The notes under the pieces were generated by a model. The model did no database searches, was not told the origin of the DNA, and was given only the letters and a program-made list of their open reading frames with translations. From Vairimorpha necatrix (taxonomy: Eukaryota), in assembly GCA_036630325.1 (NCBI GenBank), contig CP142733.1, positions 62,001-126,000 of the forward strand: a DNA stretch of 64,000 bases. The letters are read 5' to 3'. Position numbers and translations under genes: made by a program. Of the stretch, positions 12,997 through 24,804 are shown piece after piece (positions within the stretch are counted from its first letter, which is position 1; every line of letters starts with the position of its first letter).

Positions 12997-14010
12997 GGCT
13001 AAAGTTAGCTTTAGCTAACAAAAATGCATATAGGGTTTTTTTTCTTTTTTTTGCCCCTTTTTTTAAAAAATGGAGGAGAGAAAACGATGAGGAAGGAACA
13101 AAAACAAAAATCAGAACAATAAATTTAAAATGCATCAAAAACAGAATTAGATGCATTTCTTCAAAGTATACCTAATAAATAAAATTTGGCACTATTTGCA
13201 GACCTATTTCGGTTAGGTATAGAATTTTTGAGTGATCTCAATTACCTTCTATGGTATTGGTATGAACCCCAGTATTAGGATCTCGAAAGTGTAATGAGTG
13301 GTTGACCATGTGATGTTGCTCGAAATCATTACCCAAGGAACGGTAAGCCTTCCACATATCGCTGTATATAGTACTTTCCGTGCTCACATATTTAAATAAA
13401 AGGTCAGTAAGTGCTTTTTTATCTCTTTTTTTAATATATGTAATTATTATAGTTCGTTTTAAAAAACGCTCTATCATTCCAAAACACCAAAACCCTTTCA
13501 CTAGTTTACTTCTATTATACTTATTTTTCCAATTTTAGTTTCATCTATTTCTAATATAATATTTTCCCCGCCCATCTTGTCCAAAGATGATAAATATTTA
13601 TCATAAATGTCTATTTGCTTTAGCTTTTTTAAATTAAACGATTTTGAAGGTTTTGAACAACATAAAATTTGGCTAATATACTAACGAGGATATCCTAGAA
13701 GCCACAAATTAAGTATCTGCAAAATTGTGATATGATCGAGTCTAAAGTTCAAAGAATGTGCCTTTCCACATTGAAATGTCTTCTTACAGTTCTTCCAAGT
13801 ACATTTTAAGATAGTGACCTGTTTACTAAGCAACCTCATTCTACCGTTACACACTTTGGATAACTGTTTCTTTTTTTGTCAAATAAAATATTATAGACTG
13901 TTTCCATTTCTGCTCTAGTCATAATTGTCTCCTCCATTTTTTAAAAAAAGGGGCAAAAAAAAGAAAAAAAACCCTATATGCATTTTTGTTAGCTAAAGCT
14001 AACTTTAGCC
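12997..14010 (-). mobile_element. Merlin (IS1595/ISXO2-like) DNA transposon with degenerate transposase
   Basis: 83-bp TIRs (12997-13079 and 13928-14010) starting GG; 8-bp TSD AAATTTAT (12989-12996 and 14011-14018); internal motifs WCFGMIER, IYSDMWKAY, VNHS..F.DP.TGVHTNTIEG. Confidence 0.93.
13238..13501 (-). pseudogene. Largest surviving fragment of the ISXO2-like DDE transposase
   Basis: Motifs SDxWxAY and HTNTIEG; flanking parts interrupted by stops/frameshifts. Confidence 0.85.
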
Positions 14011-14248
14011 AAATTTATAAAATATTTTAATTTATCAATTAATTTAATTCTTCTTATAGTGTTATCTCTACATATCATTCAATATTAAGACCTTTTAAGT
14101 AGTTCTAAATTAGTTAAATGTGCTATAAATACACAAGATTCTGACTATACAAAAAACACTTTCCCACTATTACATATGCGTTTTAATTTTACTCCTTTTC
14201 CCCTTTACCGTTTTTTATTTATTTTTAAAAAATTTAATTCGAAGGGCT

Positions 14249-15526
14249 ATGAATTCGTCAACAGCAAATTCCCAATACATAAGAAAATCAAGAAAATTTC
14301 ATGACGCATGGGCTTTCGTGTTATACGCCATCTCTGTTATAGGTTTTTCTACTTTTAGCATATTGAATATGAATAAGACAAATGTGGTATTTACAGAAAT
14401 ACTTGACTTACAAGCTGGCTTATATTCTAGCGGTGTAGTGTTTGGATTTCTTTTCTTTACATTTACATGTCTTAGATTTTTCCCAGAGGTATTTCTCAAA
14501 TTAATACTCCTTTGCTATCCAATTGGTGCACTGTTACTTGTAGTGGCCATTCTAAAGATAAATAATTGGGTACCTAGTCTTTATTTGATTTTACCAGTTA
14601 TTTTGTTTTTATTATGGGCTTATGTAATATACAGATATTGGAAATGGTTAAGGCCAGCAGCTAAAATTACAAAAGTAGCAGTTAAGATTATTTTAAAAAA
14701 TTTATTTACCGCTTTGTTCGGCTTGGTACTAGTTTTTAGTGTTATAGTCTTCCAAATGTTTTTAATTATTAATATGGATATCAAAAACAACGAATATTTA
14801 TCTTCTAATACTGTCTTATACTTCTTTTTCATCTTGAATTTATTCTGGACATTCTCTAACGCAGTATATTTCTTTAAAGTTTATATTACATCTGTGGCAG
14901 CACATCATATCTTCGATGAAGCAAATTCAAGTCTGTCAAAGGCTCTTAAGGTTACACTTTTTTCTCTTGGTTCTATCTGCTTAGGTGGATTAGTAATATC
15001 AATAGTATCTACTATAAGATTTATTATCAATGAAAAAAGAGATAGAAATAGAGAAGAGAGAAGAAATAATCTTTTGGTGGATATATTGTTATGTATCGCT
15101 GCTGTCATATTTTCACTCTTAGAAGATATACTTGAATTTGCCAATACTTTGACATTCCCATATATTGCGATACACGGAGACAGTTATTCTAAATCTATGC
15201 ACTCTGCCTTCGAATTGGCCACTGCGCTCTCTCCTGTAGGAATACTTGGCCATAGTGCACTGAGCCTGGTACTAAATATGATTGCAGGTGTAGTTGGGTT
15301 TTTTTCTGGATTTAGTATTTATTATTATCTTTTTGATCCCAAGATGAATTCTTACGTGCTGAAAGCTTACGTCTATAGTGGCGGTCTACCAGTTATATTT
15401 TTTATGTTAGCTATGACGACTATAACATCAGGATTCATTGGATTAGTTTTTATTGCTGCGGAGAATTCTGAAATGATTGATAATAAATATAGAAATGATC
15501 TTGAGTCGGCTCTAAGCGAGAAATAA
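14249..15526 (+). CDS. Choline transporter-like (CTL/PNS1 family) membrane protein
   Basis: About 9-10 TM segments; motifs RKFHDAW, SLGSICLGGL, YIAIHGDSY..S. Confidence 0.8.
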   Translation: MNSSTANSQYIRKSRKFHDAWAFVLYAISVIGFSTFSILNMNKTNVVFTEILDLQAGLYSSGVVFGFLFFTFTCLRFFPEVFLKLILLCYPIGALLLVVAILKINNWVPSLYLILPVILFLLWAYVIYRYWKWLRPAAKITKVAVKIILKNLFTALFGLVLVFSVIVFQMFLIINMDIKNNEYLSSNTVLYFFFILNLFWTFSNAVYFFKVYITSVAAHHIFDEANSSLSKALKVTLFSLGSICLGGLVISIVSTIRFIINEKRDRNREERRNNLLVDILLCIAAVIFSLLEDILEFANTLTFPYIAIHGDSYSKSMHSAFELATALSPVGILGHSALSLVLNMIAGVVGFFSGFSIYYYLFDPKMNSYVLKAYVYSGGLPVIFFMLAMTTITSGFIGLVFIAAENSEMIDNKYRNDLESALSEK

Positions 15527-16477
15527 TTAATTTAATAAAAATTTTCTATTTATTTAAAAGGGATTTACTGAATAAAAAATTTTATTTTGAATAATATTTT
15601 TGTGTTATTATTCAATATAAAAGCATATATTATCTTCTTATTATTATTATAAGTTATAGTATCATCTTGCATACTGAAATATTTTTTTTTATATGTAAAT
15701 TTCGACTTAAAAACATAAAAAAACTTTATGTAAAATTAAATTAGAGCTGTAAAACAATAATCTTGTAGAATTGCGTAAGTATCTGGTCATAACCACGGAA
15801 ATATTTCTTTTGCGTAAGTATATAAAGTAAAATTTGAATCTCGTTTATATGTAAGTGATTTTGACTACTCAATTTTGTCAATAAAATTCGAGCGATTTGC
15901 TTACGTATGAGGTTCTAATTTAAATGGTTTACTTTGAAACATATACTATGTACAGTTTAAAATTCTACTATTCCTCTGTAATAGGCTCACAGTTATTTTT
16001 TGGACTGGCAGCCTATTAAAATAAATAGTTAGTGACAGCTTTTTTGATAGAATATTAATTACTGTCATCTCTTATGCATAATTACCAAGTAAATAAGTTC
16101 TATTTGAATTTAATATTATTTATTCGTCTAAAGTTCATAAATCATCATTTTTTATAGTATTTAGTGGTCGAATTATATGAATAAGAGTATAAATTTTTTT
16201 ATTAAAAACTCTAGACAATGCTTAATAAGAGACATTATATATATAAGAAATTGTTTTTACTTGTTTTTTTATATGTATGTTTCTTTTTTATTACTTTAAA
16301 TTTATCAAATTTCACACATATGATAATATTTTGTTTCATTTTATATTTATTACAATAAATAAAATCCATCTCTTTCTTTTATACATTTATAAACATGTCT
16401 TATTTGTTATATCATGTCAACTTGTAACACGTTTCAAATTTTTTTTCATATAAAATTTTTTGTTTCAAACATTTAAA

Positions 16478-17083
16478 ATGTTCTTCTTTCTCCCAGTAAT
16501 CTACACCATGATGTCTGTCTACAACAATGATTCTTACAACTTACACTCTCCATATTTAGACGACGACACTGATTCTTACAATCCAATTGAAGAATCATTC
16601 GACAATATTCTTGACAATAAGTCCACAGACCTGTCACCTTTGAACGTTAAAGTCCCGAAAAATGTCCAGAGATCTATAAGATACGGTAAAATAAAAACTA
16701 ATCCAGAGAATCTTGAGACATTAATACAACACGAGATGGAAGACATAAGTCCAGATGTACATAACAAGGTACGTAATAAATTGGCTAATAGTAATGTGGA
16801 CAGAAGTAGATACAGAGACGTGTTTTTTATAAAAAAGAGGATTATACAAGATGGTAACAGAAGAATAGTCAGTTTTGATATTAAGGAAAAAATAATACCT
16901 AAGAATGGAGTGAGTGACCCAGTAAATAAAGATTTGAGTTTGAGAGTCATTTTGGCTGGGATTTTGTTTCTACTTGCTGGACTTGTTTTTACTACGACTA
17001 TGAAAATGTATCAGAATGTGTTTAAAAATACATTGTTCCCATATGATGGACATAAAGAACAGAAAAGTGAACCATTAAAATAA
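16478..17083 (+). CDS. Hypothetical protein with short hydrophobic N-terminus and C-terminal TM anchor
   Basis: First ATG at 16478 (start uncertain); TM segment VILAGILFLLAGLVF near the C-terminus. Confidence 0.7.
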   Translation: MFFFLPVIYTMMSVYNNDSYNLHSPYLDDDTDSYNPIEESFDNILDNKSTDLSPLNVKVPKNVQRSIRYGKIKTNPENLETLIQHEMEDISPDVHNKVRNKLANSNVDRSRYRDVFFIKKRIIQDGNRRIVSFDIKEKIIPKNGVSDPVNKDLSLRVILAGILFLLAGLVFTTTMKMYQNVFKNTLFPYDGHKEQKSEPLK

Positions 17084-17443
17084 TTTATATCTTAATATTA
17101 TTTTTCTACATGTGTAGAATAATTTATACCTTTAACATCTGATTTTATTATTATTTATATAAAAAAAATTTAATATTAAAAAAATAAGACTAATATATAA
17201 GTTATTTATTCTCTATATTAAAATAACATCACAAATGTAAACTATTTTTTTTAGGTTCTAAAAAAACAGTATGTAGAATTTTATAGCTCTTACATTATAA
17301 TATAAGATATTATAAAAACTTTTTAAATTCAAAATGTAAGATAAAACTACAAAATACAAATATAGATATGTTGAGTAATAGAACACAAATATTCTTAAAT
17401 GACTTTATAAATAAATAAGATATTATAAATTTTCATTTCTACA

Positions 17444-18889
17444 TTATTTATTCTCAACTACGTTTTTGTCTACTATTTGCTTCTTTTTTGTTTCTTCCAT
17501 ATTTTTCTCATCATACATTTCCAGTTTTTTCTCCGCATTCTCGCTATTAAATAACACATTTTCTACTATTCCATACATATAGAAGAATAATAAAAGTGTC
17601 AAGGCTGTAAACACCATATTCACTATAAAGAAGACATTGAATACTCTAGCTCTCTCACTTCTCGGAATATTTTTATCTTTCATTGTATCTCCTGAGAAGA
17701 CTACGCTACAAATCAGGCCTGCTAATACAGAGCCTAATCCTGTGAATGTACCTTGGTAGACCATTTGTGAAGTGGCCTTGAGATGTGGAGGACACAATTT
17801 CTGGGCCAACTGGACTGCTGAGCAGTGAGTTAGACCAAAATTTATACCTTTGAATAATTCGATACCACAGACTGCCGCGTAAGAATAGTCGCTGTCATAG
17901 GGCAGCATCCAGTAAAGGACAAATCTGACCATTTGAGCACCCTGGGCTAAGAATAAAGGCCAGAAATAGCCAATGCGCTCAATAATCCCCTTGGCAGTGA
18001 AGAATGTCACTATCTCGAAAATAATCCCGAACATATTTGCAGTACTGGTCGTATTTTTATTAAAAATGCTCAGTGGCCCACTGACTACTCCTGGGTAATT
18101 TTTCAAATCATAAGGCTTCATTTTCACTACATCTTTCCAGTACACAGTCAGGAAAATAGTCATACTCGCCCTAGTGAGCCCATTTAGTAAAATTATAAAT
18201 ATAAAGAACATATAATCCCAATTAAATAATAATTCTTTAAAACTCTTCCACATATCATTTCTGGCAGTTTCTCTTCTTGTTGTATCCCAATTTATTAAAT
18301 AATAACATAACCCGACTGTAATTAGAGCTACTAAAATATTATAAACTCTTAGATTTGTCCACTGAGTGGCTTCATTTTTACTATCTGTTACAATATATTC
18401 TACTACATAATTACAGACTGCATACCCTACAGTCCCCCATAATCTCTGAGTACCATAAGTATTTGCCCCTATATTAGGGATCTTACTAAGATATTCTAAT
18501 ACAATCTTATCCATTAAAGGAGTAGTACATAAATTAGCTCCTAAGTAAAATAACATATTAATCCAGAATAAAACAGAACTAAATCCACCAGTCAAATTTA
18601 AAAAGAAGAATAATTGGAAGAATATAGAACTCAATGTAAGGAATAAAATGAGGAACCATTTACTCATTCCCCATTTATCATTTAGAGATCCTATATAAAT
18701 ATTAGTAAAGAATGTAATGAACATTAATGTACCAAATCCTGTTCCTACTGCACTTTCTGAAACTTTAAATTTGTCTTTGGCGAAGACACTCTTGAATGTG
18801 TGTAAAGTGTAAAATAACATAGCAATAGAAAAGAAGAAGACTTTAGGAATAAGGAGATATTTTCTATTTAGTGATCTAATTGTATCCAT
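17444..18889 (-). CDS. Major facilitator superfamily transporter (MFS_1-like / NupG-like)
   Basis: About 12 TM segments; YGTQRLWGTVG and A.SQMVYQG.F.GLGS motifs; CCCCC before the ATG. Confidence 0.85.
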   Translation of the reverse strand: MDTIRSLNRKYLLIPKVFFFSIAMLFYTLHTFKSVFAKDKFKVSESAVGTGFGTLMFITFFTNIYIGSLNDKWGMSKWFLILFLTLSSIFFQLFFFLNLTGGFSSVLFWINMLFYLGANLCTTPLMDKIVLEYLSKIPNIGANTYGTQRLWGTVGYAVCNYVVEYIVTDSKNEATQWTNLRVYNILVALITVGLCYYLINWDTTRRETARNDMWKSFKELLFNWDYMFFIFIILLNGLTRASMTIFLTVYWKDVVKMKPYDLKNYPGVVSGPLSIFNKNTTSTANMFGIIFEIVTFFTAKGIIERIGYFWPLFLAQGAQMVRFVLYWMLPYDSDYSYAAVCGIELFKGINFGLTHCSAVQLAQKLCPPHLKATSQMVYQGTFTGLGSVLAGLICSVVFSGDTMKDKNIPRSERARVFNVFFIVNMVFTALTLLLFFYMYGIVENVLFNSENAEKKLEMYDEKNMEETKKKQIVDKNVVENK

Positions 18890-19063
18890 TGGGGGTTAGT
18901 AATTTAGAAAAATACATTTTCGTTTGTTTGTTTGTTGATGACATGAAAATTAAAATTTGACTTTTTCATGCGAAAAAAGAAGTATTTATATTTTTGCAAA
19001 ATAGTTTGTTTGTTTAAAACAAACAAACTATTTACTAAAAATATAAAAAAGGAACTAATATTA

Positions 19064-19185
19064 AAAATTAACTTACTATATTTAATAAATGTGGGATTCA
19101 AAATTAACTTACTATATTTAATAAATGTGAAATTTATAATTCATAATTAACTTACTATATATATTTAATGTGAAATTTATAATTA
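19064..19185. repeat. Short degenerate tandem repeat (AATTAACTTACTATAT...AATGTG, ~3 copies)
   Basis: Seen directly upstream of the MFS gene. Confidence 0.7.
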
Positions 19186-19494
19186 TAAATTTGCTCTTGA
19201 CTAAAAGCAGTAATTTAAGGAGTAAATATTAAAAAGGGAGTAAATAAAAAAAAGGGAGTAATGATGAATCAGTACATGTTAGTTATTTCTAGGAGTGTAG
19301 TGCATAATGTTTTGACTATTAAAATGCGAAATTATTTTTTTAAATTAGGCAAGAAAATGTTACTTAATTTTTTCAAAATAATTTTAAACTTTAATTTTTA
19401 TTTACTCATGATGACATTTTTCTCATTTCAAGGCAGGAATTCTTATATGCTTGATTATTAGAACAAATCTATAAATAAGGTTTATCCCCCTTAT

Positions 19495-22400
19495 TTATAA
19501 ATTTGTTCTCATTGTGCTTATGTTTATTTCTTCATCTCGTAATATTTTCTCTACTATTTTTCTTATATTATTCCCATAATTAAATCTCTTTACATTTTCT
19601 TGATAATACACACATATTTCCCTTAAATGTAAAATGCATATTTTAAATGTCGTCATATTCTCCAATAAGTCAGTATACACACTTTTCTTATAAAACTCTT
19701 CGAAGATTATTAAAATCTTCTGTATTTCTTCTTTATTCTTCATATCCAGAGATTTAGAATGTCTCCATACTAATTTGAGAGGTATCTCGTTTTTAAATTT
19801 ATTATTAATTAAATTTAAGTATACTTCTAAAATATGACTCATCTTACAATTTAGACACAAGTTTGTTAGTATGTCACTGACTACATCTGATAATTCTTCA
19901 TTTCTGATTATATTTATCAAGTCTATATTTACAGATTCTAATGTTTCTTTTCTAATTTGTTCACAGAATATTTTATTCTGACTTAGTTTTAATAAGACGC
20001 CTAGTATTAATTTTGAGTATTTTGGTTTATGAATTGTATCTAGTAATTGGATAGATATACTTGAGATTATAGAATTAGCAGAGAATAAGATTGAGTTTAT
20101 GTCTTTTTTGATTATTTCTGATAATTTTCTGAATGCTTCTTCACTTTTTATTTGATCTGAGTCGATAATGTGGTCTAAGATTTCTTCTAAATTTTCCATG
20201 TTTTTTCTTGGACTTAGGAAGTCTTTTCTAAATTTCTTGAGATCTGGCGTGAGTCTTGAGCTTTGGGATAAATTTAGGCAGTCTAGAGATTTCTCGATGT
20301 CTAGATTTATTTCCACATCTTCGTAGACACTTGGTGCCAATAATTTATAATCTTTAATATATAATGAATTGTCTTTATCTTTAATATATAATGAATTGTC
20401 TTTATCTTTATTGTCTTTATGTTTTACTTTATAATTCCTTGCATTATAAGATGTATCTTTTTTATCATAATATGATGTATCATTATATTCTATATCTCTT
20501 TTATGATATGTATCTTTATAATTCTTTTCATTATAAGATGCCTTTTTATTGGGCGTGGAGAAAGTACATGTGCTGAATTTTGGTATTTGCACTTTCTCTT
20601 TATTATTTATTTTATCCATAAAATCCAAGAAATCTTCACTGTTCTTTATAACATTTTGACTTATTTCAATAGTATTTGTATATTTCTGGAGTATGTTTAT
20701 AATCCACTTCTCAGATTTCTCGTCTATGACTTTCTTCAAGATTAGAAATAATCTCGTGACTGGGTAAATTCGGTCAATTAGGGAAAATTCTTCGTGGAAG
20801 TCTTTTTTTATAAAATGGGAAACGAGTGCCTCGCACTCGTTTTCTGATAAAATGTATTTCTGAGTTATGCAGTGGATTATGAGACTATTGAAGAATGTGG
20901 ACTGTCTGTCTTCTTTAATGTACTGATTTATACTTTCTGAGAAGTTTATAACATCTGTATGATCATTTAATATTATTGGGTCTGGAATTTTCATTTCTGT
21001 TTTTGTATCTTTTGAGTCATTCTCAATATTTATAGAATCAGACTCGATGTTTATAGAGTCGGCAATATTTAAAGCGTCTGTTTCAATATTTATAGATTCT
21101 GTCCTAGAATTTAAATCGTCTGTCTCAATATTTATAGAGTCAGTCTTAGAATCATTTTCTTTTTCATCTTCTTGGTTTATTTTTGCTTGCATTTTGTTTC
21201 TTAATTCTTCTACTATCTTCTTTTCTTGTATCCCAGTCACTCCTATCTTAAAAACTTCTTCTATCTCTTTCTCTCCTCTCTGATACTCCCCTAACATTCT
21301 CACCAGTTCTATAAACTTCTTCCCTTTTTTTATTTTACATATTTCTTCTATAAATATTTCTAATACTAAATTTCTATTAATGATCGATAATATTTCCAAT
21401 ATTATCGATCTTAATTTTATCTCTGTAATTTTATCTATACAGAAATATATTATAATTTCTTCTAAATCTAAATTTAGATCTTGTTTTCTTTCTATTAGTA
21501 AATTTATAAAGAAAATGTTTACTTGGAAATTGGCGTCTTTTAAAGTGGAAATGGCGTGGACTAGATTTGAGATTTCTTCAGATTTGAGGATTTCTAGATT
21601 TGATTTTAAGCCTTCTAGTCTGAGATTCCAAAGGGATTCTTTTAGGAATGGGTATTTTAAATAGAAAGCATCAAGGCAATCTTTATTTCCTTTTTGTCCC
21701 TTCCTCACATAATTATTAATATTATTCTTATTAATATTGTCTTTCTTTATGTCTCTCTCAACTTTATTGTTGCCTTTATCTGCTACATTAATTTCCACAT
21801 TTAAAACTTCTTTATCTTGTTGTTTATCTAGTTGTTTATCTGGTTGTTTATCTGGTTGTTTATCTGGTTGTTTATCTAGTTTGGTAAGCTTATTGATTAA
21901 TTCTTTACTTAGTAGACTTTTATCAGGCTCAAGTACACAAAGCGCTTCTAGTGCTTGTTTCCTCACTTGTCCATGACTGTCTCCAGTACACTTAATTATA
22001 TTTCTTATTACTTCTTTGTCTCGTATCTTCAATCTCTGACATATTTCTATCAAATTATATTTTAATTCTGGGCTTTTTACCAGTAAATATTGTGGATTTA
22101 TTTGTTTTATTTCTAATTCTATTAATGTCTCCTTGATTTTGTTTGTTATGGTATTTTTCTTATCTTTTAATCTTTCTATTAGTGCATTTATAAACTTGTC
22201 TTTTGTTATCTTAAATTTTAAGATTACTTCTAGTACTAAAAAGAAGACTTGATTATTTGGATCATTAATTCTTTGATAAAGAATATCTTGTATTAAATTA
22301 TTCATTGTATCTTGTTTTATATTATTCATTGTATTTTGTTTTATTGTATCTTGTTTTAGTAATTCTTTTAAGGCTTCTACTCTTACAGTCCATTTCTCAT

Positions 22401-22992
22401 CATTAATTTTCATATAATCAAAATCCACTACTTTTTTATTACAAACTTGTTCATCTATTTCTTTCATTAATATTGGTTTAATATTCAAATATTTCTTTAT
22501 GTCTTCTCCTATCATTTTGTAAATTAATATTGTCAATTTCATACCTTCACTTCTTATTAATTTATCACTGTGGTTTAACACGAAATTCAAAGAATTAAGC
22601 ACAAATTCAGGAGACTGACCTTTTTCATAAAGATTATTTAGGCATATTAAAATATTATGGACTATTTTAGGGTTCTTATTGTCTAATAATAAGACAAGTG
22701 TAGGAATCAAATCAGAATCTTTTATATTATTTATAAGATTGAATATTCTATTTCTTATACTCGTTTTATTATTCCCAATTTGTAGGAATATTTTACTAAC
22801 ATGTAATGTTGTAATTATAGGACATTTTAAGATTGAATCTATACAAGTTTCTAAAGCGGGGATATTTGTCTCATTCTGGAGTAAAGGAAGATATTCTAAA
22901 TATCTCCCTTGTGAGAAATGATTACCTAATTCTTCGTAGGCTTCTTGTCTCTCTTTCCAATTTTTGGATTTTATTCTTTCTTCGTAATCCAT
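19495..22992 (-). CDS. STU2: XMAP215/Dis1/STU2-family TOG-domain microtubule polymerase
   Basis: TOG-initial motifs SKNWKERQEAYEEL, KWTVRVEAL, WNLRLEGL followed by HEAT repeats. Confidence 0.8.
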   Translation of the reverse strand: MDYEERIKSKNWKERQEAYEELGNHFSQGRYLEYLPLLQNETNIPALETCIDSILKCPIITTLHVSKIFLQIGNNKTSIRNRIFNLINNIKDSDLIPTLVLLLDNKNPKIVHNILICLNNLYEKGQSPEFVLNSLNFVLNHSDKLIRSEGMKLTILIYKMIGEDIKKYLNIKPILMKEIDEQVCNKKVVDFDYMKINDEKWTVRVEALKELLKQDTIKQNTMNNIKQDTMNNLIQDILYQRINDPNNQVFFLVLEVILKFKITKDKFINALIERLKDKKNTITNKIKETLIELEIKQINPQYLLVKSPELKYNLIEICQRLKIRDKEVIRNIIKCTGDSHGQVRKQALEALCVLEPDKSLLSKELINKLTKLDKQPDKQPDKQPDKQLDKQQDKEVLNVEINVADKGNNKVERDIKKDNINKNNINNYVRKGQKGNKDCLDAFYLKYPFLKESLWNLRLEGLKSNLEILKSEEISNLVHAISTLKDANFQVNIFFINLLIERKQDLNLDLEEIIIYFCIDKITEIKLRSIILEILSIINRNLVLEIFIEEICKIKKGKKFIELVRMLGEYQRGEKEIEEVFKIGVTGIQEKKIVEELRNKMQAKINQEDEKENDSKTDSINIETDDLNSRTESINIETDALNIADSINIESDSINIENDSKDTKTEMKIPDPIILNDHTDVINFSESINQYIKEDRQSTFFNSLIIHCITQKYILSENECEALVSHFIKKDFHEEFSLIDRIYPVTRLFLILKKVIDEKSEKWIINILQKYTNTIEISQNVIKNSEDFLDFMDKINNKEKVQIPKFSTCTFSTPNKKASYNEKNYKDTYHKRDIEYNDTSYYDKKDTSYNARNYKVKHKDNKDKDNSLYIKDKDNSLYIKDYKLLAPSVYEDVEINLDIEKSLDCLNLSQSSRLTPDLKKFRKDFLSPRKNMENLEEILDHIIDSDQIKSEEAFRKLSEIIKKDINSILFSANSIISSISIQLLDTIHKPKYSKLILGVLLKLSQNKIFCEQIRKETLESVNIDLINIIRNEELSDVVSDILTNLCLNCKMSHILEVYLNLINNKFKNEIPLKLVWRHSKSLDMKNKEEIQKILIIFEEFYKKSVYTDLLENMTTFKICILHLREICVYYQENVKRFNYGNNIRKIVEKILRDEEINISTMRTNL

Positions 22993-23289
22993 TTATGCTA
23001 AGGGAAAAAAAGAAGAAAATATTTATAGCATAAAAAAACACAATAAATTAAGAATAAATTATAATAAATGCTATAATGTAGTAATATTTCAGTATATTTG
23101 TTATATTTGTCTAGTCATATTTGTTATATTTTACATTTTTTAGATTACCTTAGTTTAACAAACAAATTCATAACAAAGTCTTAACAAACTAATATCAAAT
23201 TCATGCAAACTAATATCAAATAAATCAAATTCAAATATTAGATAAATAATAAATATATTTAAATTATGTTTTTATTTATGCCCTTCTCC

Positions 23290-23694
23290 ATGAATATTAA
23301 TAATCTCCTTGATAAACTTATAAACACTAAGAACTTCAAAGAATATGCCCATGCTTACGCTACTCATCCCTCTCCGTCTCCCTACTACAAGTCCATAATG
23401 CTCTTATATTTACTAAATACTAATACTCAGGAATATTACAAATATCTCCAGAGTATCACAGTAGAAGAAGCCAAGACAGAAGAGATTAAATTTATAATAA
23501 ATCTGGATTTATTAATAAACACTTGTAATATTAAAAAGATCAAAGAGATAAGAGCCAAGGAAGAAATACAGTATTTTATAAATATGGTGATAAATAAGAC
23601 GCAGGAGAATGAGAAGAAAGAAGAAGAATATAAAGAAGATGAGGAATATTATAAGGACTCTATAAAGAACTGTATGTCTATAATTAAGAACTGA
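23290..23694 (+). CDS. Probable reduced proteasome lid subunit RPN12/PSMD8-like
   Basis: LLYLLNTNTQEYYKYLQSI...IKFIINLDLLI resembles the Rpn12 core; CCC before the ATG at 23290. Confidence 0.5.
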   Translation: MNINNLLDKLINTKNFKEYAHAYATHPSPSPYYKSIMLLYLLNTNTQEYYKYLQSITVEEAKTEEIKFIINLDLLINTCNIKKIKEIRAKEEIQYFINMVINKTQENEKKEEEYKEDEEYYKDSIKNCMSIIKN

Positions 23695-23884
23695 CTAATA
23701 AATGAAGGACTTCCTATAAATATAATGTTTATATATGCAAATTAATTTTATATATTCATGCATTATAAATTTATGCATAATGTCATTATTTATTTATGCT
23801 GTTGAATTTATGCATAATTTATTTATGCATTATTTTAAATATGCATGATTGTTTTTTTATATTTTTTTTTTCTTTGACCCCAAA

Positions 23885-24279
23885 ATGGTAAGTGAATTTT
23901 GTTCTTTATAATTTATTAGGGAAATATTCGTAACAGAGTTATAAAACGTGCTGCTAGACAAATAGTAGAAAAACACTTCTTGTCTCTTGACAAGTCATTT
24001 GATGACAATCTCCTTGTAGTACAAGATGTCGCCCTGGTACAATCAAAAAGAGTAAGAAATCAGATCGCCGGGTATGTCACTCATCTCTACAAGTGTATTC
24101 TCAAAGGGACAGCTAAGAAATTATATATTAAAAGTCATGAAGATGAAAGAGAGAAGAAAGAGAATATTATGCCTAAAGATAGTATAATGGATACAGAAGT
24201 AGTGGAAGTAGATCCAATTACATTAGAGATGCTTAATAAGAATGAGTATAGAGGGAACTTTAAACTAATAACTTATTAA
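23885..24279 (+). CDS. RPS17: 40S ribosomal protein S17 (eS17); exon 1 = ATG 23885-23887, exon 2 = 23920-24279
   Basis: Spliced product [21 protein letters not shown]...[14 protein letters not shown]. Confidence 0.95.
23888..23919 (+). other. 32-nt spliceosomal intron
   Basis: GTAAGT donor, TAATTT branch-type motif, TAG acceptor; removal restores the eS17 N-terminus. Confidence 0.93.
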
Positions 24280-24439
24280 AATATTAATTAATTTGAATAT
24301 TTTATTTATGCTACTTTAATTTGAATTTGTTTGTTTTTTAAATTTACAATGCATAAATTTGAATAAATTTAAATGTGCATATATAAAATTATTATATAAT
24401 ACATAAATAAAATTATTTTATGAATATAATTATTACCTT

Positions 24440-24586
24440 TTATTTATCAAATGCCCACTGTGGTACTATGTAGTCTTTTACTAATTCATCCTCAGAAGAT
24501 TCAAGTCCATGATCTTCAATTATTAATCTCTCTCTTGTAAATACAAATATAAAATATAAAGAATATAGAAAAATCTTACTACTCAT
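24440..24586 (-). CDS. Candidate 48-aa small protein (hydrophobic leader plus acidic tail)
   Basis: Hand translation MSSKIFLYSLYFIFVFTRERLIIEDHGLESSEDELVKDYIVPQWAFDK*; GC-richer than its flanks; no CCC motif. Confidence 0.45.
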   Translation of the reverse strand: MSSKIFLYSLYFIFVFTRERLIIEDHGLESSEDELVKDYIVPQWAFDK

Positions 24587-24804
24587 TTTATTTATTTAGA
24601 TGGATTTTTTATTTAAGAATGTTTCAAATAATCATGACAAATAAAATTAGAAACAAATGAGATCCATCAAAAACCAATGATACTTAAAATAAAATATGTA
24701 GTATTAAATTGCATAAAAATATGTAGTTATAAATTTATATATGATAATTATGTAGTATTAAATTCATAATAGCATTTAAAATTCCTAATTTTTTTTACCC
24801 CAAA

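Noticed and set aside
12911-13156. 81-aa ORF
   Set aside because: Chance read-through across the Merlin TIR and its flank.
20391-23033. Short antisense ORFs inside STU2 (and similar ones inside other long genes)
   Set aside because: Shadow ORFs on the opposite strand of real genes, with no motifs.
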